Part shown: in pieces, positions 58,078 through 64,000 of the stretch
How positions within the stretch are numbered: the first letter of the stretch is position 1
Layout of the letters: each line of letters begins with the position of its first letter
DNA from: Camelus dromedarius
Lineage: Eukaryota
NCBI RefSeq assembly: GCF_036321535.1
Contig: NC_087459.1
Coordinates: forward strand, 29,884,001-29,948,000
Length of the DNA: 64,000 nt
Direction of reading: 5' to 3'
Made by a program: the position numbers and the translations under genes
Notes under the pieces: model-generated
What the model saw: only the letters and a program-made list of their open reading frames with translations
The model's database searches: none
What the model was told of the DNA's origin: nothing

Positions 58078-58534
58078 AGTGTTAAGGTTTGGCCCCCAAA
58101 GATATATTCAATCCTAATCTCTAGTACTTGTGAATGTGACCTTATTTGGAAAATAGGTCTTTGCTCTGTGATTACGTGAAGGATCTGAAGATGAGGTTGT
58201 CCTGGGTTACGTGGGAGGGCCCTAAATTCAATGGCAAATGTCCTTAGAAGAGACAGAGGAGAAGACACAAACTCATAGGGGAAGAAGGCCACGTGACGAC
58301 AGAGGCAGAGATTGGGGGGATGTTCCTACACCCCAAGGAACACTATGGATTGCCAGCTGCCACCAGAAGAGAAGAGTGANNNNNNNNNNNNNNNNNNNNN
58401 NNNNNNNNNNNNNNNNNNNNNNNNNNNNNNNNNNNNNNNNNNNNNNNNNNNNNNNNNNNNNNNNNNNNNNNNNNNNNNNNNNNNNNNNNNNNNNNNNNNN
58501 NNNNNNNNNNNNNNNNNNNNNNNNGAAATGAACA
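58078..58534 (+). mobile_element. MLT1 (C/D-like) solo LTR, interrupted by an N gap
   Basis: gaatgtgaccttatttggaaaataggtctttgc...gggccctaaattcaatggcaaatgtcctta...gaagaaggccacgtgacgacagaggcagagattgg. Confidence 0.85.
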
Positions 58535-59139
58535 CTGCCTTCAAGAGGGGAGCTCTTTTCCAGAAAAGCACTCACTGGGTTTTCAGAGGCTTTGACCGAA
58601 GGGCTGTGGGTGCCAAGGTGACACTAACAGCCAAGGAGGGGAAGCTGCACACCCATCTCCAGTCTCAGAAACCTGCAGGCACGGTGGCCCAGGTGGCCAG
58701 GGCTCACTGTTCCCTGGATGGCAGATAGAGCCAGGATGGGGCCAGGAAACAGCCATCCGTGGAAACATCTGACATGGCCAGCCAAGGCAGAAGCCCTGGG
58801 GACTGGAGGTTCAGTACCTTCAAGGCCCTGGTTCCTTCATTATGATGCGGGACCCACAAAGAAAGGTGCTGGAGATAATTTATACTGGGTGTTGGTGTGG
58901 GTCCCACTATACACTGGTGATCTCCTGTAAGCCTCACCCCCTCCCAGCAAAAGGATGAGCTGTACTGTCCTCATTTTACAGCTAAAGAAGTTGACCACAG
59001 AGACATCAAGTAACTTGCCCAAGGTCACACAGCTGGCAAGAGGGGTCCAGGAACGACCACTCTGCTCCCATCTCCCCTGCACTGCCAGGGGTGTGAGGCC
59101 AGGGGCTGCTGCTAATGACCATCTATCTGGTGGTCCTGG

Positions 59140-59345
59140 CATTTCCCCCTACCCCACCCCAGCCCCATGGTGCCTCTGTTGCCAGAAGTAGGGTTCTGGG
59201 CTTGGATTTTCAGCAAGGTGTACCCCAGAATCATCTGAGAACTTCCACAAAACCCACCTGGGCCTCCCCAGTGGGGACAAGCAGTATGCATTTTGTAAAA
59301 GTCCCTTGGGTAACACCCCCAGGGCGAGTCTTGAATATCCCCAAA
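59140..59345. mobile_element. MER5A-like fragment
   Basis: ccagaatcatctgagaactt...agtatgcattttgtaaaagtcccttgggtaac. Weak recognition. Confidence 0.45.
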
Positions 59346-62240
59346 CCAGGAAATCCTCTGATCCCAAACACCCCCAGTTCCTCCTCGTGTGGCAGCTGGA
59401 AGCCGAGAAGGTTTGATTTATTTATGTTCGTTACCAGCAAGTTTGCAGAGCTGTGGGGAGGATGGGCCGGCAGGCTGGGTTGCAAATGAAACCCAAACGT
59501 ATTCTAAATTATGAAATGCACCCCCCCACTGCCGGAAACCAGGCTCTTTCATTCAGATCCGGAGGACTGGATGCTGTATCCTTGGCAACGCGGTTTGAGA
59601 AAAACAAGCCTTTCTCCAGCCAGCCAGCCTTGCATGGAGTAGACCAGCCTTCCATCCTTCGGTCCTGGAATGGGGGGCAAGGCCTCTCTTTGGCCTCTTG
59701 CTCCTACAGCCCCTCAGGATCAACCTTACTCAAGAATACTGATCCGGAGACCTGGAGGGGAGGGGGTCCTGTGGAATCCAAGAAACCTGCTGGACACAGC
59801 ATGAAAAATGCAGACCTAAGGGTCACGTTGGTGTAATTTCCAAAAGTGTTGCAAACCAATTCCCATGCCCCAATTTCCTTAATCTTTTTGAGAAATGAGC
59901 CCTATAATTACATCTCCTTTAGAAAGGTCCGACAACAAAAACTCCAGGCTCAGGAGATCACAAAGTTGCTTTATCATCGTATTATTCAAAGGCCACAAGG
60001 AATGCATTCAGGGTAAATTTCACTTTACATTTAATTTACTCCATCTTTATTTTCATCAGTGTGATTCAAGCAATTACCTCTCAGCTCATCCTTAGTTAAA
60101 GAGGAGAAGTTAAAAGTCACTCGGTAGACGTTGAGATCTTGGAGCTTTATAACAGAGCCGTAGAGATTGGGTGTCTAACTGCCGCTGTATCCATGTTTAC
60201 AAGTAGAATTCGGTAAAATGGTGCGAGCTCTGGTGGGGAGGAGGCAAAAACAAGTTGTGAGGACTAACTCCCATCCCACAGCCTCGGTGCAGGGCTGAGG
60301 TGGAGATGTGGGGACCCCTATTACAGGATGGTTGTCCTGAAATGAGTGGGAGCTTGGGTCCTGTGTCACCCCTGGGAGAGGTCACAGGTCACCAGCAATA
60401 GCTCCAAGTCAGCAATGAAGAAAGCAGTTGGGCCCCTTGGTGGGTGTAGCCTGGCCTTCATCCTGGGGGGACCCACCTCGTTCATTCCCTCTACAGGCTT
60501 GTATGAGCCCCTGACCAGTCCAGCCGTGTGCTGGGCGCTTGCTTGCTGACGGGTACGCAGGTGTCCCTTGGAAGGTGTGTTGGGGGTAGATTCCAGGGCC
60601 CATGGAGAAGGCAGCTGTGATGCCCAAGGAAGGATGAGGATGAAAAGAAGTGAAAGCTGACCAGGATGCAAAGCAAGAAGGGCAGGAGGATCTGGCCCGG
60701 CAGCCCGGGGGCCCACGTTTACTCCATCACTGACTGGGTACACGGAGCACGTCTGAGATACACAGTCTGTGAGATAATTTTAGGAGAGTTATGGCTGCAG
60801 GAGGGAGAAAGGGGAGAGAGCTTGGGTACCAAACAGTGGTAACTCCGGGTGCTGTCTGATCCCTGCTTGGCCACCTGAGAACTTGTGCTGGCCGGAACAC
60901 TTCTCTGTTCAGAAACAGGGAGCCCACAGAGCCTATGCTGCGTTCATTACCTTGTGCGGCCATCACTTTCCCTGTTTCAGACACAAGGTGTGTCCATGGC
61001 CCCCACATTTCTGTATTTCTGACCACACAGGGGAGGGGTTCGGGTCCTCCCAGTGCAGCGCAGTGGATTGGGGCAGGGCCGGGGGTAACGGATACACCGA
61101 GGGGGGCTGGATGGTGGTCCCTCACTCTCCCCTCCTGCTGTGAGAACACGCCGCATCACTTGCACCCGCTGTGTGTGTTTTCTGTTCTCAGAGACCCCAA
61201 ATCACTGATTTCTCCCCCGGGGGGTCTCACCTGCCTTGTACCTCGGCCGCCCTCGGGCTCTCGCCTGTCCTGCGGCACAGACAGGCTTTCTGGTGCCTGG
61301 TGACACTAGCAGCTACTCTACGCCCGGAGCTGAAGACCTGGCTGGTGGAGGTGTTCCCGTTTGTCACACGAAGAAGCTGAGGCTCCAGAGGGATGTGGCC
61401 TAAGGTACCACGAGGACCTCATGAATGTAGTCAGTGTTGAGTGGAGTGAAAGGCAGGAGGGACCCTCCAGGTGGTGGCTGGGCATAAACGCAGGGGCACA
61501 GAGCTGCACAGAGGAGGCTGCCGAAGCGAGGGGCGGGGGAGGGGAATCAACCAGGGAAGGCAGGGCAGGATGGGGTCTGTCCCCAAGGTCAGGCATTGAC
61601 CTCGGCTCTCCCAACGCCCCCAAGCTCTACGATACTCTAGGGGCTTGGGGGAGGCCAGGAGTGCTAGAATGGGTCTCTGCTAACTTGCAGCCCATGCTCC
61701 TTGGCCAGACCTCTACAGGGCTCTGCAGGGATCTGTGGGCCAAGCCCGGGTCACCTGACCACAGCCCAGGCTCCAGAGACTGGAGAGGGTGGACAACTGC
61801 CCCCTCCAATTCCCGAATGGGAGAGGCGTGGTGATGCCAGGCCCTGGCTGTGCTGGTTGTGCTGGCTTTCAGGCCAAGGACAGCATGTGGCCTCCGGGAC
61901 AGGGCTTGCGTTGTCCTTGGGACACCTGCAGGAGCAGAGGCAGCCATGTGAGTGGGGTGTTCCATCTCCCGGACCCCACAGGCACTGGGCCCTTGGCCTG
62001 GGGGCTTTTCAAAGGCTAAGAAAACGAGGGAAACCAGGGGAAAACAATCATTGGCTGTGAAGTGTGGGACAGAATTTGGAAAATTGCAATCAATACAAGT
62101 TTAATGAAACATCTACAGAATGTCACATTATGGCTGCTAGTCAGTAGGGCTGTGGTTTGATTCCTATGTGGTTGGTTGTAACTGGTGTTTGACGAGGGAC
62201 CCAGGTGCTCACGGGGGTCCAGGGTGAGGCAGAACGGCAG

Positions 62241-62630
62241 TGTCTTAGTTTCCTGGAGTAGCTGCAACAAATGGCCACAAACCGGGGGCTTCAAAGAACA
62301 GACATTGATTCCCTCCCAGTTCTGGAGGCTGAGAGTCCAAAATCAAGGTGTGGGCAGAGTCGTGCTCCCTCCAAAGGCTCTAGGGGGCTCCTTCTCCACC
62401 TCCTCTCACTTCCGGTGACCATCTCCCTCCCACCTTTCCCTGGGTCTGTGCCGCCTTCTCTGTGTGTATCTTTTTGTATCGTCTCCTCTTCTTATGAGGA
62501 TACTCATGCTCGGATTTAGGGCCCACCCTAATCCAGCGTCAGCTGCATCTGTAAAAGCCTTACTTCCAAGTAAGAGTCTGAGGTTTTGGGTCGACGTGAA
62601 TTTGAGGGAACATTTCTTCATTACATGACA
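62241..62630 (-). mobile_element. MLT1 (C-like) solo LTR
   Basis: tgtcttagtttcctggagtagctgcaacaaatggccacaaaccgggggcttcaaagaacag...cagttctggaggctgagagtccaaaatcaaggtg...ggatttagggcccaccctaatcc. Confidence 0.85.
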
Positions 62631-64000
62631 ACTCCAAAGTAAGAGCATATGGGGGGCCAGGAAGGACCGGAAGGGTCTCAAGGGGAGGGCAGGGGCTATT
62701 TCTCAGACCTCTGGGGTGGGGAGTGGGGTGGCCTGGACCAGGAGTGGGTCCCCCCTGCTGACCACTTCTCTGGCTGAGGGGAGGGAAAGGAAGGGACAGT
62801 GGGGACAGAAAAATGGGCATACTTAAGAGTGATGCGGCAGTAACACGAACAATAATAATAGTCAATGTTTTCTTGAGTCGTTCACGTGGACACGGCATAG
62901 CCCGAGGCTGTGACGAGTTTTAAGTCCCAGGAAGCAGGTGCCGCTGTTACACCCATTTCACAGAAGAGGAAGTTGAGGCTCAGAGAAATGAACTTGCTCA
63001 AGGTCACATGACTAGTAAGTGGCAGAGCCGGGATTTGAACCCTGACCCCTGGTAGCCTGGCACCCATCCCCGCGGCCCAGCGCTGTCTCTACGTGGAGCG
63101 CGGGGAGGCGGCAGGTTGGATGGGGGTGTGGGAAAGGGGGAGGTGGGAAATGGTGGGGATTTGGGTTGTGCTCGGGAGCGCAGGGAGGAAATAAATCAAT
63201 TTTGGACAGGTTGAGGGTGCTGTGAGACGGGCCTTGGGACACGGTGGCCACCACTTGGCCAGTGGCCAGACCCGGAGAGCATGGGAAGTCAGAATAGGAC
63301 AGTTGGCTGGGAGTTTGTTTACAGATGACGAATCTGGATTAATCAGAACAAGAACTCCTCTCCTCCCCCGCCGCCCCCTCACGCATACACTTCTCTCAAT
63401 AGCCCGCCCGCGCTCCTACCTCTCTCTCTGCTTTAATAAAACTCCCTTGACAACTCGCCTCCCTCTGCGCAGACACAGCCGCCAGCGGGGGCTATTTTAG
63501 GCCGTGCTGCATCCTCGCCTTGTTTCTTCTCCCACCGGTTCTATTCGCCTGGGCTGTTAGGCACAAGGTTTTGAATTGTTGGTTTTTGCACTAAATTCAT
63601 TTCCCAGAAATGTCAAGCATCACCAAGGCCGAGAGCGAGTGGGGCACGCGCTGTTCTCTGTCTTTTGTTCTCAGCCTTCTCTTTTCAGGCACAAGTGCAT
63701 TATTTCATCTGTTGGCGGCGCAGGGAACCTCTGGACCTTGAACTGAGCCGCCCCGCCTACCACACACTCAGGGCTGCCTCCTGCTTCACCAACCACTTTG
63801 AAATAACCGCTTAATATTTGATGAGGGGGAAGAGGAGGGGTGGCCACGGTTCTCAAACCCCAACTGAATTGTGGAGCCAGGACACTCACCTGCTGGGTGG
63901 ACAGGACAGATTACCCGCCTGGGATCCCTGCAAAAGAGACCAGGAGTCTGTGTGTTGCTGAAAGGTGACTGCTCCCCTGCTTCCGCCCTCCTCCTAAACT

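Noticed and set aside
21600-64000. Numerous 60-200 aa ORFs in the intergenic region (e.g. 33695-34261, 39945-40553, 46038-46631, 46556-47110)
   Set aside because: No recognisable protein family, no coherent exon chain, and frequent overlap with repeats; lengths are as expected for ~55-60% GC DNA. No processed pseudogene (poly(A) plus TSD around coding-like sequence) was seen.

Overview
Mammalian genomic DNA. The tRNA-derived SINE family and the absence of Alu, B1, Bov-tA, PRE-1 and Can-SINE point to a camelid (inference). The window holds one complete protein-coding gene, TMEM130 (+ strand, 8 coding exons, 5355-20342). All introns are GT-AG and phase-consistent, giving 1308 nt / 435 aa with a signal peptide, PKD domain (WDFGDG), single TM helix and Cys-rich tail; AATAAA lies at 21530. 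A CpG island at ~280-1420 carries a minus-strand non-coding first exon with a (GGC)10-11 repeat, assigned to TRRAP by the conserved head-to-head TRRAP/TMEM130 arrangement. The remaining ~42 kb is intergenic (toward NPTX2 by mammalian synteny) and rich in MLT1 LTRs, L1/L2/MIR fragments, DNA-transposon fossils and six lineage SINEs. I found no unrecognised protein-coding gene, RNA gene or novel system; the many GC-rich ORFs in the track are not supported as genes. The most interesting signals are regulatory: two co-oriented near-consensus CTCF sites just 3' of TMEM130, a full RE1/NRSE match, four RFX X-boxes, a TCF/homeodomain cluster, a strand-biased excess of strong splice donors, and possible TMEM130 isoform switches. 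All motif calls were made by eye and are untested.
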